From NCBI GenBank assembly GCA_964521875.1, contig CAZFTZ010000071.1, forward strand, positions 10,155-74,154: a DNA stretch of 64,000 nucleotides, read 5' to 3'. Source of the DNA: an uncultured Cellulomonas sp. (GTDB lineage Bacteria; Actinomycetota; Actinomycetes; Actinomycetales; Cellulomonadaceae). Below are positions 1-9,180 of the stretch, piece by piece (within the stretch, counting starts at the first letter, position 1; the number at the start of each line of letters is the position of its first letter). Both the position numbers and the translations under genes were made by a program. Below the pieces are notes generated by a model, which worked only from the letters and a program-made list of their open reading frames with translations, was not told the DNA's origin and ran no database searches.

Positions 1-1
1 C

Positions 2-229
2 GCCGAAGTCCGGTTGATCGACCCCGAGCTGGCGCTGCACGGCGGGCGAGGTCAGGCCGATTTTCCAGCCCATCACCCGCTCCCCGCACGACGTCCTGTG
101 GCGCACGTTCTCCCATTGAATGCGGTAAGCAAGCTCGGCGGAGGGGTGGCTCACGTCGTGGCGAATCGGGGCAATCGGCTGACGGGCCGACTGCGCATCG
201 CGGAGTCTGTTAGCGATGCGCTCTATCAT
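2..229 (-). CDS. 2-keto-4-pentenoate hydratase (MhpD)-like FAH-superfamily protein, N-terminal part only (runs off the window start)
   Basis: Not in the ORF track. Manual translation from ATG 229 gives MIERIANRLRDAQSARQPIAPIR...AYRIQ...GERVMGWKIGLTSPAVQRQLGVDQPDFG. GxKIGLTS..VQ.QLGV.QPDFG is the MhpD/DmpE hydratase-decarboxylase signature. Alternative in-frame ATG at 256. Confidence 0.8.
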   Translation of the reverse strand, partial: MIERIANRLRDAQSARQPIAPIRHDVSHPSAELAYRIQWENVRHRTSCGERVMGWKIGLTSPAVQRQLGVDQPDFG

Positions 230-768
230 CGGCAGACATCGGTCGCGTGGCGGCATAACTCCGCCCAGTCTGCGCGCGCGCCGACGCCCTCTCTAGGCCG
301 GAAAGCGCAACAATTGGTTGCAGGGTGCAAGCGAGTCGTCGAGCGGGCGCCCCCGGGCGATGCTCCAACGGGAGCGCCTGCTTCTCGACTCACAATCGAC
401 GGCGCGGCGCCGAAGCGCGGCTCGGAGATTGGCTGCAGCGTTGAGGGCTGCCTCGATCAGTTGTATTTCAGCGCTCCCAGCCGCGTGAGCGTGCTTCCTT
501 TTCTTGTTCCGCGTCGAGCGGCTCGCCAGCAATCGTTTCCTCGATCTAAGTTGCTGAGTTGCTGGGCCATCTCGCTTTCTCAATTTGTGGTTGGGAGTAG
601 GTCTGCATCGCGGGGATATTGCAGATGTCCGATCTTCCAGCGCGATGTGCGAAGTTTCGCGGCGAACAGCAAGAGACGGTTTCAAGAGACGAGTGTTTGC
701 ACACCGAGTCTTATGAACGTTCCCCTAAAGCGGACAGCGAGTGACAGCCTATTTCGACGACGAGCGCT

Positions 769-2037
769 TTAGGCGGTGTCAGGCAGATTGGGCGCGCGGA
801 GTAGCGTATGGCGGCCGAGCGACGCGGTGAAAAGCACGGCGATGAGCGTGGCTATTGCCCCAAAAGTGAGTAGGGGAACGTAGGATCTGAATATGTCGTA
901 GCTGTAGCCCGCGAGCGAGGAACCGAGGGCACCACCGATGCTGAAGATGACGAAAAGGGAACCGTAGATGCGGCCGAGAGCGACCCGACCGAAGTAGTGG
1001 GCGCAAAAGTATCCGAGTGCATCGAATTCGAGACCAAGACCAATGCCGATGGACAGGATGGTCAGCGCGGCGCTGGTCGGACCGGGTGCGACAGCGAGAG
1101 TTGCGAAGCCGAGCAACGGGCAGCACAGGAGTGCGGCGGCAACGAAGGGAGCGTGCCAGCGGTCGAGCAAATAGCCGGCGCACAAACGCGCTACGATGAT
1201 CGACAATCCAAGGAGCGAGGCGAGGTTGCCGGCACTCGGTCTATCGACGCCGCGGTCGACGAGCAGCGGGATGAGCTGGGAGATTGCGCCATTGAGTGTC
1301 ATGCCGAGCAACAAAGTCGCCACGGTCAGCTTCCAGAACGTCGCCGTGCGGATGCACTCCTTGAAGGTGAGTCCCTGGTGTTCGAGTGATGAACGGGCAC
1401 GGTTCTCGGATTGCCGCGGCGGTTCGCCGTCTGGATATGAATCGACGTCGGCGGGGCTATTCCGAACGACCATGAACAGTACCGGGAGGACCACCAGCAA
1501 GTTGATGGCGCCGAGGGCGAGGTACGCATTGCGCCAGCCGCTCAGTGCGATGATGTGAGTCACCAGCGGCGGCAGAATCAGGGCGCCGGCGCCCGCACCG
1601 GAGATGCCGAGCGCCAGTGCGAGCCCCTTCTTTCTATCGAACCAGGTCACGATCAAGCGCACATAGCTGACGGAAGAGGTACCACTGCCAAGCGCCGTCA
1701 GTGCCGTCATGCCTACGTAGAAAAGCCAGACGTTTTCGTCGAGGAAGCGGAACAGACAGAGAATCGTGCCGAAGAAGAACGTGGAAATCAGCAACGGATT
1801 TCTGACGCCGCGCTTGTCGATCAGGATACCGAGGAGTGGCGTGACGATGATTGCGGTCGTGTGCGCGAAGGTCATGCCGAGCGAGATCGCGCCGCGGCTC
1901 CAGCCGAACTCCTCGGTGAGCGGCAGGGTAAATGCGCTGAACGCGTACACCGTCGTTCCGACGAACCCGAAGCAGATTCCCAGGGCCGAGACGGCGATGA
2001 TGAACCAGCCGTAGAAGATCTTGTTGGCGGCAGTCAT
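769..2037 (-). CDS. MFS transporter (OFA/MCT-like)
   Basis: About 12 hydrophobic segments; FYGW N-terminus; GILIDKRGVR and GYLLDRW motif-A loops; WFDRKKGLALAL. Confidence 0.9.
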   Translation of the reverse strand: MTAANKIFYGWFIIAVSALGICFGFVGTTVYAFSAFTLPLTEEFGWSRGAISLGMTFAHTTAIIVTPLLGILIDKRGVRNPLLISTFFFGTILCLFRFLDENVWLFYVGMTALTALGSGTSSVSYVRLIVTWFDRKKGLALALGISGAGAGALILPPLVTHIIALSGWRNAYLALGAINLLVVLPVLFMVVRNSPADVDSYPDGEPPRQSENRARSSLEHQGLTFKECIRTATFWKLTVATLLLGMTLNGAISQLIPLLVDRGVDRPSAGNLASLLGLSIIVARLCAGYLLDRWHAPFVAAALLCCPLLGFATLAVAPGPTSAALTILSIGIGLGLEFDALGYFCAHYFGRVALGRIYGSLFVIFSIGGALGSSLAGYSYDIFRSYVPLLTFGAIATLIAVLFTASLGRHTLLRAPNLPDTA

Positions 2038-2093
2038 GACCGACCCGCCGCGGCGCCGCTCTGCATACCGCCCCCGATCTGCGCTGACAGTTC

Positions 2094-2109
2094 GTCAGTA
2101 CGCTGAGTA
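2094..2109. promoter_or_regulatory. Putative MarR (PcaV-like) operator GTCAGTACGCTGAGTA
   Basis: 15/16 identical to the box at 8979-8994; imperfect palindrome TCAG-N4-CTGA; ~57 bp upstream of the MFS start. Confidence 0.7.
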
Positions 2110-2148
2110 TTACGTCGGTCTGAGGCAAACGCAATCGCTACGCTGGCC

Positions 2149-3285
2149 TCAAACCACGTTGAGCTCCCGCGGAGTCGACAGGAGGTGCTCCACGCCATTC
2201 TCTGTGACCACCACGGGGTCTCCCAGCACGAAGTAGCCGGCCAGTGGCGTGAACGTGTTCGGATGCACGATGAGCACCGAGTTCTTCTCGAGCACCGTCT
2301 CGACGCCTTCCAGTATGAGTACCTCATCGAGATACAGGCCCAGGCAATGGCCGCGCACACGCGTCCACTCCGAAGTGCAGTACTCGCCGTAGCCATAGCG
2401 CCTGAAGACATCGTTCTCGGCCTTGGCCACATCGTGGGCAGTCACGCCTGGTCGGATCACGTCGAGCCCGGCGGCCGTCGCCTCGTTGAACAGCTCGAAA
2501 GACTCCTTCTGCTTCGCAGACGGCGGACCGAGTACGAGCGTGCGACATATCTGCGTCCAATAGCCTTCGAACTGCGGCGTCAGCTCCGTACGCACGAGAT
2601 CGCCCCGCTCGAGGCGTCGATCCGAGGGCGGCGTCATGCCACGGACATCGCTCCCGCCGGAGGCGATGAGCATGAAATTGTCTTCGGCTCCCTCGGCACG
2701 CAGGCGCGCCTCCACCTCGGCGACGATCTCGAACTCGCGCGCACCCGGTCGGCACGCTTCTTGAAAGGCGCGCCACGATTGGTCGCAAATTTTGCCTGCG
2801 CGGCGCAGGCGGGCGAGCTCCAGGTCGCTCTTGACGAGTCGCACCTTGTCCATGAGAGCACTCGCATTGACGAGCTCCACTTTGGGCAAATGCTCTCTCA
2901 GCTGTTGCCAGACGGAGAACGGGACGAACTCTGCACCCGCGACTCCGATGCGGCCGCTGGGCACATCCGCTCGCACACGCTCAGCAAGGCCGGAGACGTC
3001 CGCAAGCGAGACGGGGCGCACATCCTCTACCAGCCCAGCGCGCTTCACGGCGTGGGCGTCTGCATCCGAACACACAAAGGCGGTTGGTGCGCCATCGTGC
3101 GGCAGATACGCGAACGCGATGTTGGACTCGACCGCTGCATCCGTGAGGTAGCGGATGTTCTCGCGCCTCCATGCCGGCGCATAGACGATGAGGGCATCTA
3201 GCTTCGCTGCCGCGAGTGCCTCGCGGATGCGAGTGCTGCGCCACTGTATTTCCGCGGCACCCACGTTCTCAATCTGCGCAGCCAT
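2149..3285 (-). CDS. M24 (Xaa-Pro peptidase/creatinase-fold) protein with non-canonical metal ligands
   Basis: Creatinase-N-like region (ENIRYLT) plus pita-bread domain (RLVKS..EL, GYWTQICRT, GHCLGL, HPNT, GDPVVVT). Start overlaps the upstream stop (GTGATG; GTG 3288 is an alternative start). Confidence 0.85.
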   Translation of the reverse strand: MAAQIENVGAAEIQWRSTRIREALAAAKLDALIVYAPAWRRENIRYLTDAAVESNIAFAYLPHDGAPTAFVCSDADAHAVKRAGLVEDVRPVSLADVSGLAERVRADVPSGRIGVAGAEFVPFSVWQQLREHLPKVELVNASALMDKVRLVKSDLELARLRRAGKICDQSWRAFQEACRPGAREFEIVAEVEARLRAEGAEDNFMLIASGGSDVRGMTPPSDRRLERGDLVRTELTPQFEGYWTQICRTLVLGPPSAKQKESFELFNEATAAGLDVIRPGVTAHDVAKAENDVFRRYGYGEYCTSEWTRVRGHCLGLYLDEVLILEGVETVLEKNSVLIVHPNTFTPLAGYFVLGDPVVVTENGVEHLLSTPRELNVV

Positions 3286-4325
3286 CACGCATTCTCCTTG
3301 AACAAGGCGGCCGCACCGTTACGCGTAACCTGAACCGTTTCCGCGGCCGTGACGAAGCCCGCACTACTGCTCAGCGACAGGGCCACGCACACGATCTCGT
3401 CCTTCTTCAGCGGCCGACGCGAGTCGTCGCTCGTTCGGAAAGCGCCTTGCGTTTCGATATCGGTGTGTGGCATGCACGAAAAGCTCGCCTTGTAGCGAAT
3501 GCCGACGGCGCGGGTGGCAAGCTCCCTCAAGTCGGTCTCGGTTGTTCCGGTTCGAGCCGCGGAAAGCACTACGCCAAGTGCTCGGCGTGCAGCCTCTGCA
3601 AGAGGGCCGCCGCGCGGACGTGACTGGCGTAGCCACACGTGACGGTACTGCCCGGCAGCATCCGCAAACTCGCTGCCATCTTCGAGCTTGCCGCAAGTGA
3701 CCGTGGCATCCAGAAATCCGGCGAGGCGGAGATTGCGTACCGCGATCGAATTGCGCCCGTGCGCATCAACCTCCTGCGCCCATGCGGCGAGCAGCGCACC
3801 ATGCAGCAATTCAGCGCCCTGCTGTAAGAAGCGCAACTCTTCGGCGGATGGTACGAGTCTGAGATCCCGCACGGCGCGCGGCAGATCATGAAGCACTGCC
3901 TGCGGCAGCGAGCTGCGCAGTTGCGCAACGAGATTGTTTGGCCACCACTGCATATCCACCAGGGCCACCACCGGAGGTCGGCCGCGCACATACTCGCTGA
4001 CCAGCGCGCTGATACCCTCGGCGAGTCGCTGCGTGCTGCGAATGTCCTCCAGTATGGAGGTTCGGCGGATCCAGGGCTGCACACGCTTGGAGAGCTTCAT
4101 GAGCAACACCGGCGGCCCCTCGACGGGCACGGCGAGCACGGCCTCGTTCCAGTACAGGCAGAAATTGGTGAGGTAGTTGAGATCGCCGGATCGACTGACG
4201 TCGGCATACATGAACGCTAGGTCTGCGCCCTGCGCTTTGATCTGTCGACGAATGCTGTTCAGCCGGTCCTGAAAAAGATCCGGAGGCGTCTCAGTCCGAT
4301 CGAGGATCACGAGTCCGCGCTTCAT
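3285..4325 (-). CDS. Degenerate M24-fold protein (creatinase-N domain plus eroded catalytic domain); probable partner subunit
   Basis: Real start is ATG 4325 (MKRGLVILDR), with an ATGA overlap with the upstream gene. GDLNYLTNF, RLVPSAEEL, GQYRHVW and AETVQVT align to the M24 scaffold without the usual ligands. Confidence 0.7.
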   Translation of the reverse strand: MKRGLVILDRTETPPDLFQDRLNSIRRQIKAQGADLAFMYADVSRSGDLNYLTNFCLYWNEAVLAVPVEGPPVLLMKLSKRVQPWIRRTSILEDIRSTQRLAEGISALVSEYVRGRPPVVALVDMQWWPNNLVAQLRSSLPQAVLHDLPRAVRDLRLVPSAEELRFLQQGAELLHGALLAAWAQEVDAHGRNSIAVRNLRLAGFLDATVTCGKLEDGSEFADAAGQYRHVWLRQSRPRGGPLAEAARRALGVVLSAARTGTTETDLRELATRAVGIRYKASFSCMPHTDIETQGAFRTSDDSRRPLKKDEIVCVALSLSSSAGFVTAAETVQVTRNGAAALFKENA

Positions 4326-4828
4326 GAGGCGTTCTCCACGAGGCGGGAGCCGATCGCGATGACTCCTCCGGCGCGCAGCATGTCGAGTAGGAATGGGTCG
4401 GTGCGATTCCCCTGAAGAAGCTGCCCCGTCCGTTGGATTTTCACTGCGCCGCATGGCACGTCGACATCGAGCAGATCTCCTTCGAGCACATGGGCGCGGA
4501 TGCCGGGCACCTCGACGATGGGCAATCCGATCTCGAAGGCATTGCGGTAAAACGTGCGGGCAAAGCTCTCCGCGACGACACAGGAGATGCCGGTCGCTTG
4601 CAATGCCTTGACGGCGATGGCACGTCCCGAGGACTGTCCGAAGTGCTGTCCGGCGACTAGGACGTCGCCCTTCTGTACGTCGCGAGCGAATTTCGGGTTG
4701 GCATCCTCGAGCACATATTTCGCAGCCTCGGCGAGCGGCAGGAACACCCGATGAGACTTGATGATCTGGTCGGTGGGAATGAAGTCGCCGACGATCCAGC
4801 ATCGGCCCGTGAACTTGAAGTCGGTCAT
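4322..4828 (-). CDS. LeuD/HacB/DmdB-type aconitase-family small subunit (divergent)
   Basis: TDQII, HFGQSSGRA (cf. NFGCGSSRE), VAESFARTFYRNAFEIGLP, AGG near the C-terminus; ATG 4828 overlaps the upstream stop. Confidence 0.88.
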   Translation of the reverse strand: MTDFKFTGRCWIVGDFIPTDQIIKSHRVFLPLAEAAKYVLEDANPKFARDVQKGDVLVAGQHFGQSSGRAIAVKALQATGISCVVAESFARTFYRNAFEIGLPIVEVPGIRAHVLEGDLLDVDVPCGAVKIQRTGQLLQGNRTDPFLLDMLRAGGVIAIGSRLVENAS

Positions 4829-6087
4829 GACAGATCCCTCGGGTCCGAAATGCATCCGCGTAGCGCCGAGGCGCCTACGGTGAGCGCAGATGCGAGGTAC
4901 ATGTTTGCAGCGGCACTGCCGTTGCGGCCGGGAAAGTTGCGCGAATGAGTGGAGATCATGCTTTCACCCGCGGTCATTGCGCCCATGTTCACGCTCTGAT
5001 TCGAGCCGGTGCTCGGTGGAAACCACAGCGCACCCGCCTCGTGCAGTTGCTGCACGAGCCCCTCGTTGAGGGCTTCGCTGAAAACCGCGCGACTTGCCGG
5101 GACGACGTTCAAACGCACTTGCGGATGCACCCTTTTCCCGCGCAAGACGCTCGCCAACATACGGATGTCCTCGATTCGGCCGCCACCGTGACCGCCGACT
5201 TCGGCCCACTGAATGGTCTTGCCGCTCACCTCGCGCACACTCTTCACGTTGCCGACCGTGGGTGGACAGGCGACCTGTGGTTCCAGCTTCGAGACGTCGT
5301 ACTCGTATACGGCCTCCGGTTTGCGCCGACTACGAGGAGTGATTTCGACGCCTTCCCAGCGTCCCATCGCGCCGGCCGCACGCGCGAATTCGAATACTTT
5401 GTCATCGGGCTCGATGTAGCCACACTTGGCACCGACATCGACGGTGATCAGCGGCAGAAGCCAGCGATCGAAAAGTCCGAGCTGTTCGACGAAGGGGCCG
5501 CCGAACTCGAGCGCCTTGTAGATTGCACCACCCTCGCCTATCTGGGAGACCAGCCAGAGCGCAACGTCGCGAGGCGTGCTGCCCGCCGGCAATGTTCCGT
5601 TCAGCTCGATGCGAATGGTGGAGGGAACGCGGAACCACGCCTTGCTGTGCGGAAAGACCATGCCCGCGTGAGCGTCGTTGCCCAGAGCCACTGCGAATGC
5701 ACCGAGCGCGCCATGCACCGGGGTATGACTATCGGAGCCGACCACGACCATGCCTGGACCGATCAGGCCATTGCGCACCACGGCGTTGTGAATGTTGCCA
5801 CTCCCGCAGTCGAAGAGCCGGATGCCACGCTTCGCGGCCCACTCGCGCCCGGCCTTCAACACCTCGGCCTCCCGCTCACGCGGCGGAGAGAAGATGTGAT
5901 CGAAGACCATGACTACGCGATCCGGATGCTTCAGCGGCTTGTTCACCTTCTCGTCGTACACGCGCGAGGTCAGGTACCCGCTGAGATCATGCATGATCAT
6001 GCGATCCACTTCGGCAATGACGATGTCACCGGGTTGGACCTGCTTTTTACCGCTGGCGCGTGCCAGGATGCTTTCGATCAGATTCAT
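4825..6087 (-). CDS. LeuC/HacA-type aconitase-family large subunit lacking the three [4Fe-4S] cysteines
   Basis: Retains MHD, FDH, GSDSHT, YKALEF, EPQVACP, SRNFPGRNG and YLAS. GSC is replaced by GGH and CGxC by TGSN. Confidence 0.88.
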   Translation of the reverse strand: MNLIESILARASGKKQVQPGDIVIAEVDRMIMHDLSGYLTSRVYDEKVNKPLKHPDRVVMVFDHIFSPPREREAEVLKAGREWAAKRGIRLFDCGSGNIHNAVVRNGLIGPGMVVVGSDSHTPVHGALGAFAVALGNDAHAGMVFPHSKAWFRVPSTIRIELNGTLPAGSTPRDVALWLVSQIGEGGAIYKALEFGGPFVEQLGLFDRWLLPLITVDVGAKCGYIEPDDKVFEFARAAGAMGRWEGVEITPRSRRKPEAVYEYDVSKLEPQVACPPTVGNVKSVREVSGKTIQWAEVGGHGGGRIEDIRMLASVLRGKRVHPQVRLNVVPASRAVFSEALNEGLVQQLHEAGALWFPPSTGSNQSVNMGAMTAGESMISTHSRNFPGRNGSAAANMYLASALTVGASALRGCISDPRDLS

Positions 6088-7355
6088 GCCATCACCTCAC
6101 GCGGGTCCGTGATCACGCCTGCAAGTGCGGAAGCCGCTGCAGTCGCCGGACTCGCGAGGTAGATCTCGGATTCGTAGCTGCCCATGCGGCCGCGGAAGTT
6201 TCGGTTGGCGGTGGAGAGCGTCACTTCGCCCTTATCCATGGCCCCACCATCACCCGCACATGCGCCGCACCCAGGATTCGTGATGACGGCTCCAGCCTCG
6301 ATGAGCGTCGACAGCACGCCGCTGTCGGCCGCCTGCTTCATGGTATCGCGCGAGCCCGGCGTGACGATCAGGCGTAAGCCGGCAGCGATCTTCCGACCTT
6401 TGAGTACCTTGGCCGCTTCGACGAGATCGTCGTATTTGGCATTCGCGCAGGATCCGATGAAAACTTGATCAACCTTCGTGCCCGCGACGTCTTTGACTGC
6501 GCGCACGTTGTCCACGGCGTGGGGACATGCCACTTGCGGCTCGAGCGTCGCGGCGTCGATTTCTAGAGTACGCAGGTATTCGGCACCGGGATCCGGCAGC
6601 AGCGCATTGCGCTCGGGGTCCGAAACGCCCGCCTGTGCCAGATACTCGTACGTCTTTCGGTCAGGAGCTACGTAAGCATTCTTCGCACCGAGCTCCATGG
6701 CGAGATTGCACAACGTCATGCGCTCTGAGATCGACATCTCTCGTGTGAGGCTGCCGTCGAACTCGACGGAAAGGTATGTAGCGCCGTCGGCGGTGAGATC
6801 ACCGATGAGGCGCAGCATGATGTCTTTCGGGTAGACGCCCTTCGCAAGCTTGCCAGAGAGGGTCACTCGCATGGATTCCGGCACCATCATCCAGAGCACG
6901 CCGGTCACCCATGTCGCGGTGATCTCGCTGAACCCCACGCCCGTGCCGAATGCGCCGAGAGCGCCATAGATGGTCGAGTGAGAATCCGTACCGATGATGA
7001 TCTCGCCCGGCCTGATCAAGCCCTGCTCCATGAGCACGAGGTGCGCGATGCCGGCGTTCACGTCGTAGAACGTGCGGATGCCGTGCTTACGCGCGAAGTC
7101 CCGGCATAGACGGTGATAGCCCGCAACCTGCGCGGTCGGAGCCGGTGAGATGTGGTCCATCACCATCGCGATGCGCTCGGGATATCGAATGACCGCGCCC
7201 TTCAACTTGTCGAACGTCTTGATGCAGCGCCAGCTCGCGGTATGGCTCATGTACAGATCCGGAGCGACCTCGACGATCGTGCCGGGTCTGAGCTCGCCGG
7301 CGCCCGAGCCACGCTCGAGCGCTTTTTGGGCGAAAGTCTTTGCGGATGCCGTCAT
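6084..7355 (-). CDS. LeuC/HacA/DmdA-type aconitase-family large subunit (Fe-S ligands intact)
   Basis: MDH, GTDSHST, RMTLCNLAMELGAK, FIGSCAN, PGCGAC, NRNFRGRMG, YLASP. Confidence 0.92.
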   Translation of the reverse strand: MTASAKTFAQKALERGSGAGELRPGTIVEVAPDLYMSHTASWRCIKTFDKLKGAVIRYPERIAMVMDHISPAPTAQVAGYHRLCRDFARKHGIRTFYDVNAGIAHLVLMEQGLIRPGEIIIGTDSHSTIYGALGAFGTGVGFSEITATWVTGVLWMMVPESMRVTLSGKLAKGVYPKDIMLRLIGDLTADGATYLSVEFDGSLTREMSISERMTLCNLAMELGAKNAYVAPDRKTYEYLAQAGVSDPERNALLPDPGAEYLRTLEIDAATLEPQVACPHAVDNVRAVKDVAGTKVDQVFIGSCANAKYDDLVEAAKVLKGRKIAAGLRLIVTPGSRDTMKQAADSGVLSTLIEAGAVITNPGCGACAGDGGAMDKGEVTLSTANRNFRGRMGSYESEIYLASPATAAASALAGVITDPREVMA

Positions 7356-7870
7356 GGCTGCGACTCCTGCTCGAGTTTGCGCGCGACGTACGGAATGAGG
7401 CCGCCCGCATTCAGAACCAGGGTCAGGTTCTCGGGATAGGGTGGGAAGGCGAAGCGCTCACCCCGCGCCTGGATGTGGCCGGCCCCGACGTCGACGAATA
7501 CTTCGTCGCCGTCGGCGATCTGCCGCACGGCCGCCGCCGACTGAACAGCAATGAGCCCCGTGTTGATGGCGTTGCGGAAGAACACGCGCGCAAAGGATTC
7601 GGCGACCACCGCCTGGATGCCGGCACCGATCAAACAACTCGCTGCCTGCTCGCGCGCGCTGCCGCAGCCGAAGTTCTTGCCGGCGACAATGACTTTGGCG
7701 GCGAGAAACTTCTTCTGGAAGTCCGGTCCCAGCGGCTCGAAGGCGTGGGTGGCGAGCTCTTTGGGATCGATGCTGGTGAGATAGCGTCCCGGGATGATCA
7801 CGTCGCTATTGACGTGATCACCGAGTTTCAAGCAGACGCCGCCGATCGCTCCTGCGCGTGCGTTGTTCAT
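7352..7870 (-). CDS. LeuD/HacB-type small subunit
   Basis: GDHVNSDVIIPGRYL, GKNFGCGSAREQA, AESFARVFFRNAINTGL, AGGLIPY. Confidence 0.92.
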   Translation of the reverse strand: MNNARAGAIGGVCLKLGDHVNSDVIIPGRYLTSIDPKELATHAFEPLGPDFQKKFLAAKVIVAGKNFGCGSAREQAASCLIGAGIQAVVAESFARVFFRNAINTGLIAVQSAAAVRQIADGDEVFVDVGAGHIQARGERFAFPPYPENLTLVLNAGGLIPYVARKLEQESQP

Positions 7871-8949
7871 GGCGTCGTGGCCTCCAAGAACCAGTCAGTC
7901 GGCACTTCACGACCGAGCTTCTTCTTGCGAGCGAGCTCGTAGATGCGGGCGCCGACGGCCGCAAACTGCAAGCCCATGCCGGTATTGTTCGCGAACACCG
8001 TGATCTCTCGAGCGCTCTGCCGGCCTGGCTTCTTGCCGTCGAGCAGATCCCCCAACGAGACGATGTCATCCATCGTGATCCGGCCGCGCTGCACGGGACC
8101 GAGGATGTCGACTTGCTTGTCGTGCAGGATCTGCTCTTTTGAGGTGACGGCGATGCGATCGGCGCGATCGAACGTCGTGTCGTCGAGCTCGCGACGCATG
8201 GCGGTGCCGTCGGGCGAGGTGATGGCGGTGACGTGCGTACCGGGCTTCAACCACTCACCGGCAAAGCACGGATCCATTGCTGCGGTAGCGCAGGTGACTA
8301 CGTCGCAGTCGTCCACGGCTTTGCGTGGCTCGTCGACTGCCACAATGCGCACGCCATTGAGCTTGCTCGACTGTACATCTGCGAACCGTGCGCGGTTCGC
8401 GGGTGTGGGGCTGTAGACACGCACTTCTTCAATAGAGGGCCGGACGTGCAGCAGCATGTGCAGGTGGGCCTCCGCCTGCCATCCGGAACCGAACAGTCCG
8501 GCGAGGCGCGGTGTGGGATTCGCCAGCTCACGAATACCAAGCGCCGACGTCGCGCCGACGCGCCATTTCTGCACGATGCTGTCGTGCATGATGCAGAGAG
8601 GCTCGAGGGTGGTCATGCTGTAGAGCGTGACGAGGCCCACGTACTTGCCGCCGGGCGCGGCGGGAAGTAGGCGACGACGCTCTACCCCGCTCGGAAGCTT
8701 CTCGACTCCGACGAGGTCCGAGGTAATCCGCAGCGCCCAAACGCCGCTCGAGACACTGCCGCCCTCCTGCGACTTGAAGCGAAAACGAAAGCCGGGATGC
8801 CGTGCGTCTTCTACCGGAAAATACGTGTGCGTCCGCTCGCGATTGGCCGCGCGCTTGTTGGCGTATTCCTTGTACGCAACCTCGAGGGAAGCCAGGCAAT
8901 CCTCGAGGGTGAGAACACTCTCGACCTCTTCGTTCGACAACACCAACAT
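7867..8949 (-). CDS. Ornithine cyclodeaminase/mu-crystallin family protein (imine reductase-like)
   Basis: RVGATSALG, Rossmann GLFGSGWQA, DVVTCAT, WLKPGTHV, RELD, EITVF.NTGMGLQFAA. Confidence 0.9.
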   Translation of the reverse strand: MLVLSNEEVESVLTLEDCLASLEVAYKEYANKRAANRERTHTYFPVEDARHPGFRFRFKSQEGGSVSSGVWALRITSDLVGVEKLPSGVERRRLLPAAPGGKYVGLVTLYSMTTLEPLCIMHDSIVQKWRVGATSALGIRELANPTPRLAGLFGSGWQAEAHLHMLLHVRPSIEEVRVYSPTPANRARFADVQSSKLNGVRIVAVDEPRKAVDDCDVVTCATAAMDPCFAGEWLKPGTHVTAITSPDGTAMRRELDDTTFDRADRIAVTSKEQILHDKQVDILGPVQRGRITMDDIVSLGDLLDGKKPGRQSAREITVFANNTGMGLQFAAVGARIYELARKKKLGREVPTDWFLEATTP

Positions 8950-8975
8950 GCAGCGCGCGTCCTCTGTTCTGAATA

Positions 8976-8995
8976 TTAGTCAGTACACTGAGTAA
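8976..8995. promoter_or_regulatory. Putative MarR operator TTAGTCAGTACACTGAGTAA
   Basis: 20-bp near-perfect palindrome in an AT-rich patch ~27 bp upstream of the 7-gene operon start (8949). Confidence 0.75.
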
Positions 8996-9180
8996 CACCG
9001 TAACAAAGGGGTTTCGCGAAGTCAAACGAGCGAGGCGCGACTTGAAGCGCCGACGTGCGTGCGTCTATGCGTGGTCGAGTCGCGCGCCCGTGAGGTCCGT
9101 CCAGTGTGACTGCGCGCCCGCGATAACAGACGAGCTCGCAGCCTGACGAGCGAGAGCTCAGGCGAGCGCGAGGCTCGAAA

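Noticed and set aside
14-772. 252-aa + strand ORF and 130-aa - strand ORF (293-685)
   Set aside because: No family motifs and Arg/Ser-rich composition; the + ORF is antisense to the MhpD-like gene.
3285-4802. Long N-terminal extensions in the ORF track (also at 19862, 22747, 24816, 39108, 43155, 58729, 62487) suggesting fusions
   Set aside because: The extensions overlap upstream genes in another frame; internal starts with an SD or a stop/start overlap fit better.
4322-7870. Calling these leuC/leuD of leucine biosynthesis
   Set aside because: Short HacA/DmdA-type lengths, no leuA/leuB, and a catabolic context.
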